A DNA stretch of 64,000 bases from Acidimicrobiia bacterium (GCA_036396655.1 DASWKK010000098.1:14592-78591), one strand, 5' to 3'. Shown: positions 17,638-27,516, counted from the stretch's first letter. Notes: a model not told the origin generated them from the letters alone. Made by a program: numbers and translations.

Positions 17638-18549
17638 GTGAACCGACCTGAGCTGCGACCCCTGGCCGTGGGGGAGATAATCGATGCCGCCATCAAGGTG
17701 GTTTCGAGCAACGCCCGGGTCTTGTTCACCATCGCAGCGATGATCTTCGCCCCTCTCGGGATCTTGCAGCTCATGGCATACACCGCTTTCGGAGCGGGTG
17801 ACATTGCATCGCTGGTGAACACGCTGGCAGTGGACTCCACCATCACCGATGAGCAGTTCGACCTCTTCGTGGACTCAGCGGTGCAGTTGCTGATCCTCGG
17901 GTTGGCGCTGGCCGTGCTCGCCGGTGTGGGAACCGTCCTGGCGCAAGGGGCGACGGTCAAAGCGGTGGCCGATGTCTACCAGGGCTCGGTGCCGGAGTGG
18001 CAGGAGTCGATCAGATTCGGGTTTCGTCGGTTCTTCGCCATCCTCGGCGCCGTCCTCATGGTGTTCATTGGATCAACGTTCGGTTTGATCTTCTGCCTGG
18101 TCCCTGGAGTGTGGCTCTACATTTCATGGTCGGTCACCGTCCCCGCCCTGGTGGTCGAACACCTCGGGGCCTTCGAAGCCATACAAAGGTCGTACCGATT
18201 GGTGAGACAGCGATTCTGGCCGGTGCTCGGGGTGGTGCTCCTGTCGGTCCTGCTATATGGGACCGTCAGTTACCTGTTCAGCTTGGCGGGTTCGCTGTTC
18301 ACATTCCTCGGTGACGAGACCAGCGTGGGGATCCCCGTTGCCGCCTCCGTAATCTCGTCGACATTGAGCTCCATCGTCGTGCAGCCCTTCATCGCCGCGG
18401 TGCTGATCGTCCTCTACTTCGATCTGCGGGTGCGGGCAGAGGGTTACGACCTTCGTGTGATGGCGACAGAGTTGGGCGATGGCACTCCCCCACCGCCCCC
18501 AACGAGCAGTCCAGACGACCCGTTCGGCCTCGGCTCGCCCGGCACCTGA
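17638..18549 (+). CDS. polytopic membrane protein, first gene of the MoxR cluster
   Basis: N-terminus LRPLAVGEIIDAAIKV followed by multiple TM helices, with a Pro-rich tail. The start is GTG 17638 or 17602. Confidence 0.7.
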   Translation: MNRPELRPLAVGEIIDAAIKVVSSNARVLFTIAAMIFAPLGILQLMAYTAFGAGDIASLVNTLAVDSTITDEQFDLFVDSAVQLLILGLALAVLAGVGTVLAQGATVKAVADVYQGSVPEWQESIRFGFRRFFAILGAVLMVFIGSTFGLIFCLVPGVWLYISWSVTVPALVVEHLGAFEAIQRSYRLVRQRFWPVLGVVLLSVLLYGTVSYLFSLAGSLFTFLGDETSVGIPVAASVISSTLSSIVVQPFIAAVLIVLYFDLRVRAEGYDLRVMATELGDGTPPPPPTSSPDDPFGLGSPGT

Positions 18550-19166
18550 TGACCCTGTTTCAAGCGGTCGACTCCGATCGACTGCGGGCCGAAGCAGAGC
18601 AGATCCTCTCCCAGGCCAAATATCGGGTCGAGACCACCACCTCGGAGCGAGTCAGCGCCTGGCTCAGAGATCTGTGGTTTCGCTTCCTCGAATTCCTCGA
18701 CTCGGTCGCCGGTCTGGTCGGCGGCCCAATCGTGCTGGGATCGATACTGGTCGTGACAGTCGTTGCGGTCTCAGTTCTCATCGCCCGCAATCTCGGAAAG
18801 CGTCGTGCCCGGGAGATGGACCAGCGAATCAGGCGCGAGCACGCCCTCGCCCGCGGCGCCGACCCCGGCGTCCTCGAAGAGGCGGCCGACCTGGCCGCGG
18901 AACGCGGCGAGGTCGGCGAAGCTGTCCGTCTCCGCTTCCGCGCCGGATTGCTTCGTCTCGATGAAGCCGGGCTCATCAGATTCCGCACCGGTCTGACCAG
19001 CGCGGAGATCACCGACTCGTTGCAGTCGCCGGTCTTCGAGAGCCTGGCCGTCCGATTCGACGAGATCGTCTATGGGCACCAGTCAGCCACCGCCGAGGAC
19101 TACCAGATCGCTCAGAATGGTTGGAGAGACCTCCTCGACCAGAGGATCGGGGCAGGTGCAAGGTGA
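18549..19166 (+). CDS. DUF4129-like domain protein
   Basis: The ATG overlaps the previous stop (TGATG). One TM helix, and a C-terminal block TSAEITDSL...FDEIVYG. Confidence 0.65.
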   Translation: MTLFQAVDSDRLRAEAEQILSQAKYRVETTTSERVSAWLRDLWFRFLEFLDSVAGLVGGPIVLGSILVVTVVAVSVLIARNLGKRRAREMDQRIRREHALARGADPGVLEEAADLAAERGEVGEAVRLRFRAGLLRLDEAGLIRFRTGLTSAEITDSLQSPVFESLAVRFDEIVYGHQSATAEDYQIAQNGWRDLLDQRIGAGAR

Positions 19167-20290
19167 TCATTCCGAGATCGACGACCCTCGGCGCAGAAGG
19201 CAGGCGGCTGCGCAAGGTGCTGGTCGTACTCGGCCTAGTCCTGATAGTCGGCAACCTGACGGCTTTCATCGTTGGCGGTCTGGTGCGGGGCGAGACGGTG
19301 GCCGGTCCCCCCGGTTCGTCATACGTGACCACCGCTTTCGGGAGCGCTGCCCTGGCCGAGCTGATCGAATCCGAGGGCGACGGAGTTGAGCGGCTTCGGG
19401 CGCCATACACCACATCCCGCCTCGATCCGACCGAGACCTTGCTGCTGATCGAAGTGGGTCTCTCCAGCTTCAGCGAAGCCGAGGCCGCGATCGTCGGCCA
19501 GTACCTTCGTGACGGAGGCCGACTGGTACTCGCCGGCCCGGATCCGGATCGGATCGTTGCATCAACCGGCAAGGGGGCGGACGAGGTCCCGGCATGGGAG
19601 CCGGGCGGGCCGGCGATCGCCATCGGCACCCACCTCGATGTCGGCGAGGTGCCTCTCAGTGGGCGGGGCCAGTTTGGCTCGTCGAACGGAGCGACACCGA
19701 TTCTCGAAGGGGACGAAGGCGAAGTTGTCGGAGTCGAATGGACGGTTGGCCGCGGCGTGTTCGTCTGGCTGGCTGATTCGACACCGCTCCAGAACACCGG
19801 CCTGGCCGGCGGAGACTCCGCCGGACTCGCCATGACGCTGACCGGCGGCCGCGACGTTGTCTTCGACGAGTTCCGGCACGGTTACGGAGGTGACACCTTC
19901 TGGCAGCTGCTACCCGACGGGTGGGTGGGGGCGATTGCGCTCCTGACATTTGCCGCTGGGGCATGGGTGCTCGCTTATGGGCGACGGCTGGGGCCACCGG
20001 AAGACACCGAGCGCAAGCTGCAACCCGAGCGCGCCGCCTACGTCGAGTCCGTGGCGGCGATACTGGGAAGGACGGGACCCGCCCGTGAGGCGATCGACCC
20101 GGTTCGGGCCCGAGTGAGGCGTTTGTTGGCCAATCGGGCCGGATTGGGACCGGAGGCGACGGAGGACGAGCTGAGGAAGGCGGCCCACGACGCCGGCGTC
20201 GATCCCGGTGACATGGAGGCGGTGCTCGATCCTCTCGGGGACCCGGTACCGGCCGGTAGGGCTCTCGCCCACATCAGCGCTAGGAGATGA
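19163..20290 (+). CDS. DUF4350-like domain protein
   Basis: GTGA overlap with the upstream gene. N-terminal TM anchor. Placement next to MoxR. Confidence 0.65.
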   Translation: MIIPRSTTLGAEGRRLRKVLVVLGLVLIVGNLTAFIVGGLVRGETVAGPPGSSYVTTAFGSAALAELIESEGDGVERLRAPYTTSRLDPTETLLLIEVGLSSFSEAEAAIVGQYLRDGGRLVLAGPDPDRIVASTGKGADEVPAWEPGGPAIAIGTHLDVGEVPLSGRGQFGSSNGATPILEGDEGEVVGVEWTVGRGVFVWLADSTPLQNTGLAGGDSAGLAMTLTGGRDVVFDEFRHGYGGDTFWQLLPDGWVGAIALLTFAAGAWVLAYGRRLGPPEDTERKLQPERAAYVESVAAILGRTGPAREAIDPVRARVRRLLANRAGLGPEATEDELRKAAHDAGVDPGDMEAVLDPLGDPVPAGRALAHISARR

Positions 20291-20291
20291 C

Positions 20292-21221
20292 GTGAAGGAA
20301 GTCAGGGAGAAAGTCCACGCCGAAGTGGCCAAGGTCGTCGTGGGGCAGACGCCGACCGTCGACGCGATGCTCGCCGCCGCCGCGGTGGGGGGTCATGTTC
20401 TGCTCGAAGGTGTGCCTGGCACCGCCAAGACCCTTCTCGCCCAAGCCGTAGCCCGAGCTTTGGGTCTCACCTTTGCCCGCGCCCAATTCACCCCGGACAT
20501 GCTTCCCTCCGATTTGACCGGCACGATGACTCTGCGCGGGCACGATCTGGTCTTTCGTCGTGGACCGGTGTTCACCCAACTCCTTCTCGCCGACGAAATC
20601 AATCGCACCCCACCCAAGACCCAGGCGGCACTGCTCGAAGCAATGTCCGAAGGCCAGGTCTCCGTCGACGGGGTGAGCCACCCGCTCCCCAAGCCGTTCC
20701 TGGTCGTGGCCACTCAAAACCCGATCGAATATGAGGGGACCTATCCGCTCCCGGAGGCACAGCTCGACCGCTTTCTGATGAAGATCGAGGTTGGGTATCC
20801 CAACGAAGACCAGGAGAGAGACATGCTCCGCATGGAGCGGGACGGTCTCGCCCCGGCCACCTTGAGCAAAGTGGAGGCGGTCACCGATGCGGATGGCCTA
20901 CTGACTCGACGGCGTCTGGTGGAGACGACCACGGTGAGCGACGAGGTTGTCTCCTACGTCACCTCGATCACCCGAGGTTCCCGGGACCTGCCCTCGGTCG
21001 AGCTCGGCGCCAGCCCCAGATCGTCGGTCCACCTCTTGGCGGCCGCCAAGGCCATAGCCAGAATGTCCGGGCGGGACTTCGTGACCCCCGACGATGTTGC
21101 CCGAATGGCAGTGCCGGTCCTACGACACCGCATCCTGGTCCGGCCCGAAGCCGAGCTCGACGGGTACACCCCCGACGACGCAGTGCGAGCGGTCCTGGCG
21201 GCGGTGGAGGTCCCGCGCTGA
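20292..21221 (+). CDS. moxR: MoxR-family AAA+ ATPase
   Basis: Walker A LLEGVPGTAKTLLA and Walker B LLADEINRTPPKTQAALLEAM. AGGAGA SD before GTG 20292. Confidence 0.9.
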   Translation: MKEVREKVHAEVAKVVVGQTPTVDAMLAAAAVGGHVLLEGVPGTAKTLLAQAVARALGLTFARAQFTPDMLPSDLTGTMTLRGHDLVFRRGPVFTQLLLADEINRTPPKTQAALLEAMSEGQVSVDGVSHPLPKPFLVVATQNPIEYEGTYPLPEAQLDRFLMKIEVGYPNEDQERDMLRMERDGLAPATLSKVEAVTDADGLLTRRRLVETTTVSDEVVSYVTSITRGSRDLPSVELGASPRSSVHLLAAAKAIARMSGRDFVTPDDVARMAVPVLRHRILVRPEAELDGYTPDDAVRAVLAAVEVPR

Positions 21222-21234
21222 GACCGGCCGTAAC

Positions 21235-22497
21235 TTGAGTCCGACCCCGCGCGCGGCAGCGATCCTGGCGTTGACGGCGTTGACGGCGTTGTTAGTGCCC
21301 TTCCCGGTTGCCGGACTTCTTGTGCTGGCAGCCGCCGCCGCCACGGTTGCCGATGCCTGGTTGGTTCGAGAAGTGCCTGACCTCGTGACCCGTACCCCTT
21401 CCATCCTCTCTCGAGGTGTGGCTTCCACACTCACCATCAGACCCTCGGAGCCGAGCAAGGATCTGCGCATCCGACAGCCATCGGGGCCCGACATCCGCAT
21501 CCTCCCCCAAGAAGACGACGGCGAAATCGAGGCGGAGATCATGGCGCTGCGTCGGGGAAGGCACATCCTGCCCGCCCCGGCCACACGCGCCCGGGGACCG
21601 CTCGGCCTTGGATGGTGGTTTCACCGAACCGGCCAATCGGCCGAAATCGTGGTCTACCCCGACTTGCCCGCCGCCCGGCGACTGGCGATCGAGGTGCGCA
21701 TGGGGAGATTTCGCGGTGAGGGCCGGCGTTCTCGGGGACCCCTCGGGCTTGGCACGGAGTTGGAGTCGATCCGCGAGTACTCGCCCGACGACGACATCCG
21801 GCAGGTGAACTGGCGGGCGACCGCCAGGGTGGGCCATCCGATGTCGAACACCTATCGCGTCGAACAGGATCGAGAGGTCATCTGCCTGCTCGACACCGGC
21901 CGTCTGATGGCAGCGCCACTCCCCGGGCGAGACGGGAGGCCGGAGCTGACCCGTTTGGATGCCGCTGTCGACGCCATTGCCGCGATGGCTGCCGTGGCGG
22001 ATGAGATCGGCGACAGGGTGGGTGTTCTCGCCTTTCATAGCAGGGTGGTGCGATGGCTCACACCGCGTCGGGACGGCGCACGGGCGGTGCTTCAGGCGAT
22101 CTACGATCTCGAGCCGGAACCCACCGACAGCTCATACGAGTTGGCCTTCCAGACGGTGACCCACGCCAAGCGTGCCTTTGTCCTGATCATGACCGACCTT
22201 CTCGACGAGTCCGCGGCAAGGCCCTTGGCCGACGCGATGCCGATGTTGGCCAGGCACCACGCCGTGGCGGTGGCGTCAGTGGCCGATCCTACGGTGCAGG
22301 CAGCCTTGCTTCTGGCCGAGGAGACAACGGCGGGGGTCCTTCGCCAGTCTGTTGCGGTGGACGTGATCGAAGCCCGTGAGCGGGTGGCGGCGCTACTGGC
22401 GGGATTGGGAGTGCGGGTGATAGAGGCTCCACCTGAGCGGCTGTCGGCGGCGTGCGTTTCCGCCTACCTGACCGCCAAACGACGCGCCCGTCTCTGA
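21235..22497 (+). CDS. DUF58 domain protein (vWA-like partner of MoxR)
   Basis: IREYSPDDDIRQVNWRATAR signature with N-terminal TM helices. The TTG start is uncertain. Confidence 0.8.
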   Translation: MSPTPRAAAILALTALTALLVPFPVAGLLVLAAAAATVADAWLVREVPDLVTRTPSILSRGVASTLTIRPSEPSKDLRIRQPSGPDIRILPQEDDGEIEAEIMALRRGRHILPAPATRARGPLGLGWWFHRTGQSAEIVVYPDLPAARRLAIEVRMGRFRGEGRRSRGPLGLGTELESIREYSPDDDIRQVNWRATARVGHPMSNTYRVEQDREVICLLDTGRLMAAPLPGRDGRPELTRLDAAVDAIAAMAAVADEIGDRVGVLAFHSRVVRWLTPRRDGARAVLQAIYDLEPEPTDSSYELAFQTVTHAKRAFVLIMTDLLDESAARPLADAMPMLARHHAVAVASVADPTVQAALLLAEETTAGVLRQSVAVDVIEARERVAALLAGLGVRVIEAPPERLSAACVSAYLTAKRRARL

Positions 22498-23438
22498 GGC
22501 AGCCACCCCCGCCAGAGGTAAAGACCCCAGAACAGGCCACCGAGAATGAGGCCGATGATCGTGGTCGACACCGGGCCGAGACCGACCCGGCTCACGTAGC
22601 CCTCCACCAGGCCGGCCAGGACCAGCCAGGGTGCCGTGGCCGCGGCGATGGTCAACGCCGGCACCGCCTCGGCGGCGAGAGCTGCCCGGCGAGTCATGGT
22701 TCCCGGGCGCAGCATCGCTCGGGCCATCGAGAGCCCGGCCCCTGCCCCAACCACGATGCAGGTCAATTCGAGCACTCCATGGCCAACCACTGCCGCCACC
22801 AAGAGCCCACCATTGCCCGAGGCAAGAGCCAGACCGGAGACACCGCCGAGCAACACTCCGTTATAGGCCACGAGGAATGCGGTCCCAAGCCCGAACGTGA
22901 TCCCGAGGGCGAACGCAGCCAGTGAGACCCGGATGTTGTTGACGAGCACATAGGTGGAGAAGCCGGCCAGGCCGAGCGGGCCCAGACCCTGCTCGGTGCT
23001 CTCCGCTTCCGCCACCCAGAGAAAGTCGGGAGGGAGGAGCTCGGCCATTGTTTCGGGATCGGCCACGCCCCACCAACCGGAGAGGACCGCGGGGACGAGG
23101 AGGAGAAGACCGGCCAGTGCCAGGGGACGGGACCTCTGGAACAGGAGGAGCCAGTAGCGGTCGGCAAACAGATCGATCAGGTTGGCGCGACGGGTGGCCC
23201 GCTCGTAGACCAGGCCGCGTCCCTGGCGGACCATTCCTTCCAGTCTCTGCACCAGGGGATCATCGGGAAAACGACGCCGCGCCATGGCCAGATCGGCTGC
23301 AGTCGCCCGGTAGAGTCCAGCCAATTCGCGCAGCTCTCCTGGTGCGAGCCGCTCGGGTCGTCGTCCTGCCGCTGTCAGAAGCTCGTCGAAACGGTCCCAA
23401 CTCTCTTCTCGCTCGTCCAGATAGCGGGTTAGCTTCAT
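22464..23438 (-). CDS. stage II sporulation protein M-like (DUF95) membrane protein
   Basis: NNIRVSLAAFALGITFGLGTAFLVAYNGVLLG core and six TM helices. Confidence 0.75.
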   Translation of the reverse strand: MKLTRYLDEREESWDRFDELLTAAGRRPERLAPGELRELAGLYRATAADLAMARRRFPDDPLVQRLEGMVRQGRGLVYERATRRANLIDLFADRYWLLLFQRSRPLALAGLLLLVPAVLSGWWGVADPETMAELLPPDFLWVAEAESTEQGLGPLGLAGFSTYVLVNNIRVSLAAFALGITFGLGTAFLVAYNGVLLGGVSGLALASGNGGLLVAAVVGHGVLELTCIVVGAGAGLSMARAMLRPGTMTRRAALAAEAVPALTIAAATAPWLVLAGLVEGYVSRVGLGPVSTTIIGLILGGLFWGLYLWRGWLPQRRARRLAVR

Positions 23439-23441
23439 AGG

Positions 23442-24197
23442 GTGGTTTTCGAAGACCGTCTCAGAATCGATACCCCCGAGGGGGTCGAGCTGGAATTGAC
23501 GCTAGCTGGGCTCGGGTCCCGGGTCGGGGCGGCAGCCATCGACGGAGTGATCCTCGCCATCGCGACGATCGTGGTGCTGATCGCGGTGGTGATGATTGGC
23601 TCGGCGAGCGTGTCCGAGGACATGTCCAGCCTGGTCATCGGGTTCGGCGCATTGCTGGTGTTCGTGATTCTCTTCGGCTATTACCTGCTGTTCGAGACAT
23701 TGAACTCGGGCAGGACCCCGGGTAAGTCGGCCCTCGGCATCCGGGTGATCAAGGCCGACGGAACCCCGCTCGGATTCGGTGCCGTGGCAATAAGGACGTT
23801 GCTCAGGATGGTCGATTCCCTCCCCGCCTTCTATGCGACCGGAATCGTCAGCATCCTCGCTACTCCACGAAATCAAAGAGTTGGCGATCTCGCCGCGGGC
23901 ACCGTGGTGATCCGTGACCGCGCTCCCGGTACCCTCCTGGCCACAGCCGGGTTGATCGGCACCGAGGATCTAGCCCGGTTGCCGAGATGGGACACATCGG
24001 CCCTCCACGACGAGGACGTCGCATTGCTACGCCGATTCGCCGAGAGACGGAATGCCTTGACCGGGCAGAGTCGTTCGGACCTGGCCGACGTGATCGCGGA
24101 CCGGCTGCGAGCCAAGGTGGTCGGAGCGGATGCGCCCGACGACAACGAGGCGTTCCTCCTCAGACTGCTTTCGGAGAAGATGCACCGCGAGCGATGA
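23442..24197 (+). CDS. RDD-family membrane protein
   Basis: AAAIDGVILAI...GRTPGKSALGIRVIK is typical of RDD proteins. The GTG start lies 3 nt from the divergent start at 23438. Confidence 0.8.
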   Translation: MVFEDRLRIDTPEGVELELTLAGLGSRVGAAAIDGVILAIATIVVLIAVVMIGSASVSEDMSSLVIGFGALLVFVILFGYYLLFETLNSGRTPGKSALGIRVIKADGTPLGFGAVAIRTLLRMVDSLPAFYATGIVSILATPRNQRVGDLAAGTVVIRDRAPGTLLATAGLIGTEDLARLPRWDTSALHDEDVALLRRFAERRNALTGQSRSDLADVIADRLRAKVVGADAPDDNEAFLLRLLSEKMHRER

Positions 24198-24199
24198 CC

Positions 24200-24907
24200 C
24201 TAGGCCTGGATCTCCCAGATGCGGGCGGTCCACAGGTAACGGCTGCCTCGTTCGGTGAGCTCGATCACCCGGTCGCGTATGAGACGTATCACTGCCGGCT
24301 GCTCGGCCAACGCAGAGGGCAGCGGGATGGGGCGTTCGCTGAGCATCTTGATCGAACCGAAGACAGATCGGGCCTTGTCCATGATCGACGTCTCGTCCTG
24401 GAGCGAGCCGGTCGGCAACAACAGCCTTCCCCCTTTGCGAAGCAGTCTCTTCGCCTCGTCCAGCATTCGCATAGGCAGCTCCGCCCCGGTGGGCCCACCC
24501 GCCAGCCCTGAGGGGAACCACCCGGACACGGTGGCCAGGTCATCGGGGATCCCGGAGACGTCGCCGATAACGACATCGGCGAACTCTCCCTCGGGAAGCG
24601 CATCGAACATGTCGCTCTGAAAGAACTCGACTCGGTCGGCGACACCCTGGGCGGTGGCGTTGGCGGTGGCCACCTCGACTGTGCCTTCCGCCGCATCGAC
24701 GCCATAGACCTTTCCGGCACCGAGTTTGGCGGCGACGATCGAGAGGACCCCTGAGCCGCAGCCGGCGTCGATCACGACCGATCGGTCCTCGATATCCAAC
24801 GCATCGGCAAGGAGCGTTGAGATCGTCGAAGGTCGGAAGGTATGAGGTCCAAGTTTCAACTCGAAAGGACCACAGCGTCCCTTCCAGACAACGGTGTCGG
24901 ATTCCAT
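24200..24907 (-). CDS. class I SAM-dependent methyltransferase
   Basis: VIDAGCGSGVLS motif I. ATG 24907 chosen; GTG 24928 is the alternative start. Confidence 0.8.
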   Translation of the reverse strand: MESDTVVWKGRCGPFELKLGPHTFRPSTISTLLADALDIEDRSVVIDAGCGSGVLSIVAAKLGAGKVYGVDAAEGTVEVATANATAQGVADRVEFFQSDMFDALPEGEFADVVIGDVSGIPDDLATVSGWFPSGLAGGPTGAELPMRMLDEAKRLLRKGGRLLLPTGSLQDETSIMDKARSVFGSIKMLSERPIPLPSALAEQPAVIRLIRDRVIELTERGSRYLWTARIWEIQA

Positions 24908-24913
24908 AGGAGG

Positions 24914-24919
24914 ACTATA
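24914..24919 (-). promoter_or_regulatory. -10-like TATAGT, 6 nt before ATG 24907 (leaderless-type geometry)
   Basis: The minus strand reads TATAGTcctcctATG. Confidence 0.3.
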
Positions 24920-24961
24920 CGAACCCACGACTCCTGGACAAAAGTCTGGATCCTGGGTGGC

Positions 24962-25609
24962 TCAACCGAGGGTCTCCTGGACGACCCCGATCGTGACTCG
25001 ATTCATCATTCCAAGATGGCTGATTTGGAGGGCAACCACGTTCAGACCCGCCTGTTTCAGCTCGAGGGGGACGTCACGGTTGTTGCGACAGGCGGAACGT
25101 CGGTAGACGCGTTCGATATTGCGATCCTGACGCCGGGCGATCCAACCGGCCGACGACCGGCCATGCTCCAGGAGCAGAATGCGCCCTCCGGGTTTGGTGA
25201 CCCGGACCATCTCCGTGAAAGCCGCCCGATGATCGGGAAAGGTGCATGAGGACAGCGCAGAGATCACGGTATCGAAGCTGTGATCGGCAAACGGCATCTC
25301 TTGGGCGTCCCCCACCATCAGTCTGACCTCCATCCGCATCTGTCGTGCCCTGCGCTGGGCCTGGTTCACCATCTCCGGCGACAGGTCGAATGCCGTCACG
25401 GATCGACATTGCTCCACGTGCTCGAAGTTCTCCCCCGTGCCACACGCGACGTCCAATACGTCACCCGTGGCGCTCGAGAAGTGCTTCTTTCGCAGCCTGT
25501 TGACCATCAGCAGTGCGTCGACCATCCCCAGCAGACGCCAATTCCCGGCCATCCCGTCGTAGAGCACGCGCACGTCCCCGGTGGTCAAAAGCCGCATCAT
25601 GGGTCGCAT
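24962..25609 (-). CDS. class I SAM-dependent methyltransferase (Methyltransf_11-like)
   Basis: VLDVACGTGENF motif I. ATG 25609 chosen. Confidence 0.8.
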   Translation of the reverse strand: MRPMMRLLTTGDVRVLYDGMAGNWRLLGMVDALLMVNRLRKKHFSSATGDVLDVACGTGENFEHVEQCRSVTAFDLSPEMVNQAQRRARQMRMEVRLMVGDAQEMPFADHSFDTVISALSSCTFPDHRAAFTEMVRVTKPGGRILLLEHGRSSAGWIARRQDRNIERVYRRSACRNNRDVPLELKQAGLNVVALQISHLGMMNRVTIGVVQETLG

Positions 25610-25657
25610 GCCGGCATCCCGACCGGTCTCCTCTGGTTCTGCCTCTGGTTGGAGTTG

Positions 25658-25734
25658 CACTGTAAGCGCAGTGATGGTGATTTGCATACACCGTAAGTTC
25701 CGCAACCCGCCGTTGCCGAACCCGCTGACTTACG
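25658..25734. promoter_or_regulatory. inverted repeats in the methyltransferase/TetR divergent intergenic region (candidate operator)
   Basis: CACTG-N6-CAGTG at 25658-25673. CGTAAGT-N29-ACTTACG at 25692-25734, enclosing GCAAC-N5-GTTGC. Confidence 0.25.
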
Positions 25735-25742
25735 ATGCAGTG

Positions 25743-26378
25743 ATGCCCCCGACTGAGACCCGTCTCCCGCTGAACCGTGAGAGGATCATCGACGCCGCGG
25801 TCACATACGCCGATGACAACGGGGTCGAGGAGTTGTCGATGCGAAAGCTCGGTGCCGAACTCGGGGTCGAAGCCATGTCGCTCTACAACCACGTCAAGAA
25901 CAAGGACGACATTTTCGATGGCATGATCGATCGGGTCTTTGCATCCGTGCCGCTTCCCGCAATCGATGCCGAATGGACAACAGCGATCCGAGAAACCGTG
26001 TTGAAGGCCATGGATCAGTTCACCGCTCACCCCTGGATGGTGAATCTCCTGATGCAGCGTGGCAACTACGGCAACTCTTCGTTGCTTTTCATGGATCGTG
26101 CCCTCGGGCTCCTGCGGAACGCCGGCTTCAGCGACGAGGACACCCACCATGCATGGCAGATGCTGGCCAGTCACACCATGGGCTACGCCTTCCAGATGGT
26201 CTCCGGGGGTCCCAAGGACAAGGACTGGGAAGGAATCGAGGGGCAGCTCGCCGATCTGGCCGAGGACTATCCCAACGTTGCTCGGCTCGCCCCCTACCTG
26301 GGTGACTGTGAGTTTGCCGGCGAGTTCGCCTTCGGGCTCGAGATCATCATCGACGGTCTCAACGCACGATTACATTGA
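25743..26378 (+). CDS. TetR-family transcriptional regulator
   Basis: HTH LSMRKLGAELGVEAMSLYNHVKNKDD and a tetracycline-repressor-like C-terminal domain. Confidence 0.85.
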   Translation: MPPTETRLPLNRERIIDAAVTYADDNGVEELSMRKLGAELGVEAMSLYNHVKNKDDIFDGMIDRVFASVPLPAIDAEWTTAIRETVLKAMDQFTAHPWMVNLLMQRGNYGNSSLLFMDRALGLLRNAGFSDEDTHHAWQMLASHTMGYAFQMVSGGPKDKDWEGIEGQLADLAEDYPNVARLAPYLGDCEFAGEFAFGLEIIIDGLNARLH

Positions 26379-26902
26379 CTCGAATGGGTGGACGCGGAGA
26401 CGACACGTTGAGTAAAGAAGAACCGAGCAGGTTTCGCGCCATTCCCAGTGTCGCCGCCATCGCGCTGCTCGTCACCACGCCATTGGCCGTGTTCCTCTAC
26501 GTGATGGGCTTGGTCGTGTCGGAGAACATCATCTACCCCGCGGCGGCCCTGGCCACGGCGGCACTCACTGCCCTGGCCGCCGGCTGGGCCGCGAACAGCG
26601 TCACCCACGACGAGACACGCACCGACCTCGCAACCGTTGTGATCCGCAACCTGGTGTTGGGCGTGCTCCCGGCCGGGGCAGCGGCATTTCTTGCGGCGAG
26701 CTTGGATCGGAGCGTGTGGCTCATCGCTCTCACCCTCGTCTATTGCAGTGCCACCGCCAGCGTTCTCGCCTTCCGTCATCGGAGCGGCGAGGCCACGGCA
26801 GTTCAGGATGGCAAGCTCACCGTCAATTGGCTGGTGGGGACCGTGGTCGGCGTCGGCGTGATCATCTTCGTGGCGTCCCTGTTCGGTCTCACCGGAGCCT
26901 GA
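26375..26902 (+). CDS. hypothetical membrane protein
   Basis: Four or five TM helices. The start overlaps the TetR stop (TTGA); ATG 26384 is the alternative start. Confidence 0.6.
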   Translation: MTRMGGRGDDTLSKEEPSRFRAIPSVAAIALLVTTPLAVFLYVMGLVVSENIIYPAAALATAALTALAAGWAANSVTHDETRTDLATVVIRNLVLGVLPAGAAAFLAASLDRSVWLIALTLVYCSATASVLAFRHRSGEATAVQDGKLTVNWLVGTVVGVGVIIFVASLFGLTGA

Positions 26903-27167
26903 TCGCCGACGTAGAAGAAACGGTTGGTGACGTGAGAACGACGGGAAGACCCCGGACGCGAAGAACCCCGAGGGAGTGCTGGCCGAAGCCCTCACCCTCT
27001 CGGGATTCTCGACCCGTCTGACACTCCAACCCCGAAAGGCTGGTCTCCCAGATGGGTTCCAAAGTGACCTCTCGGTCGCTTCGATTCCGGTCCGGGGTTG
27101 CCCCCGATCCGGCTACGCCACCATAGGATCGCTGCACCCGGCGGGCAAGTAGAAGGCCTGATTTGTT

Positions 27168-27195
27168 TTCGCGATTTAGCCCCTATTCTCGCGAA
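27168..27195. promoter_or_regulatory. inverted repeat TTCGCGA-N14-TCGCGAA overlapping a TATTCT -10-like hexamer
   Basis: AT-rich island in GC-rich DNA, 37 nt upstream of ATG 27232. Confidence 0.25.
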
Positions 27196-27231
27196 CCGCA
27201 GGAAGAGGCGGTTTGCCTATCCTGAGAGCAC

Positions 27232-27516
27232 ATGGCGGACAGAGACAGCGTGACCCAACTTGGCCGGCTCCTGGCGGCCGTGGCTCGGGCGCATCATGAA
27301 GCGACGGGTGGAGTGAACGAGCATTGGGCTGAGTGGTATGCCTCTCGACTCGTGGGCGAGATCGATTCCCACGTTGGCTTCAGTCCCAGCCTCGACCAGG
27401 TCAGAGAATGGCTGACCAGCGCCGACGAGAAGTACCGCGCCGAGGCATCCGAAGCGCGCTGGCCCTTCTACTACGCGGAGCTCATCCTCGACACGATCGG
27501 CGGGTCGACCGGCTAG
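27232..27516 (+). CDS. hypothetical protein (94 aa)
   Basis: Clean ORF with good GC3. No family recognised. Confidence 0.55.
   Translation: MADRDSVTQLGRLLAAVARAHHEATGGVNEHWAEWYASRLVGEIDSHVGFSPSLDQVREWLTSADEKYRAEASEARWPFYYAELILDTIGGSTG

Noticed and set aside
27078-27088. tRNA or tmRNA T-arm-like string GCTTCGATTCC in the 329-nt gap 26903-27231
   Set aside because: There is no acceptor stem, anticodon arm or CCA context around it. The region is GC-rich and forms stem-loops, but I could not match it to any RNA family.
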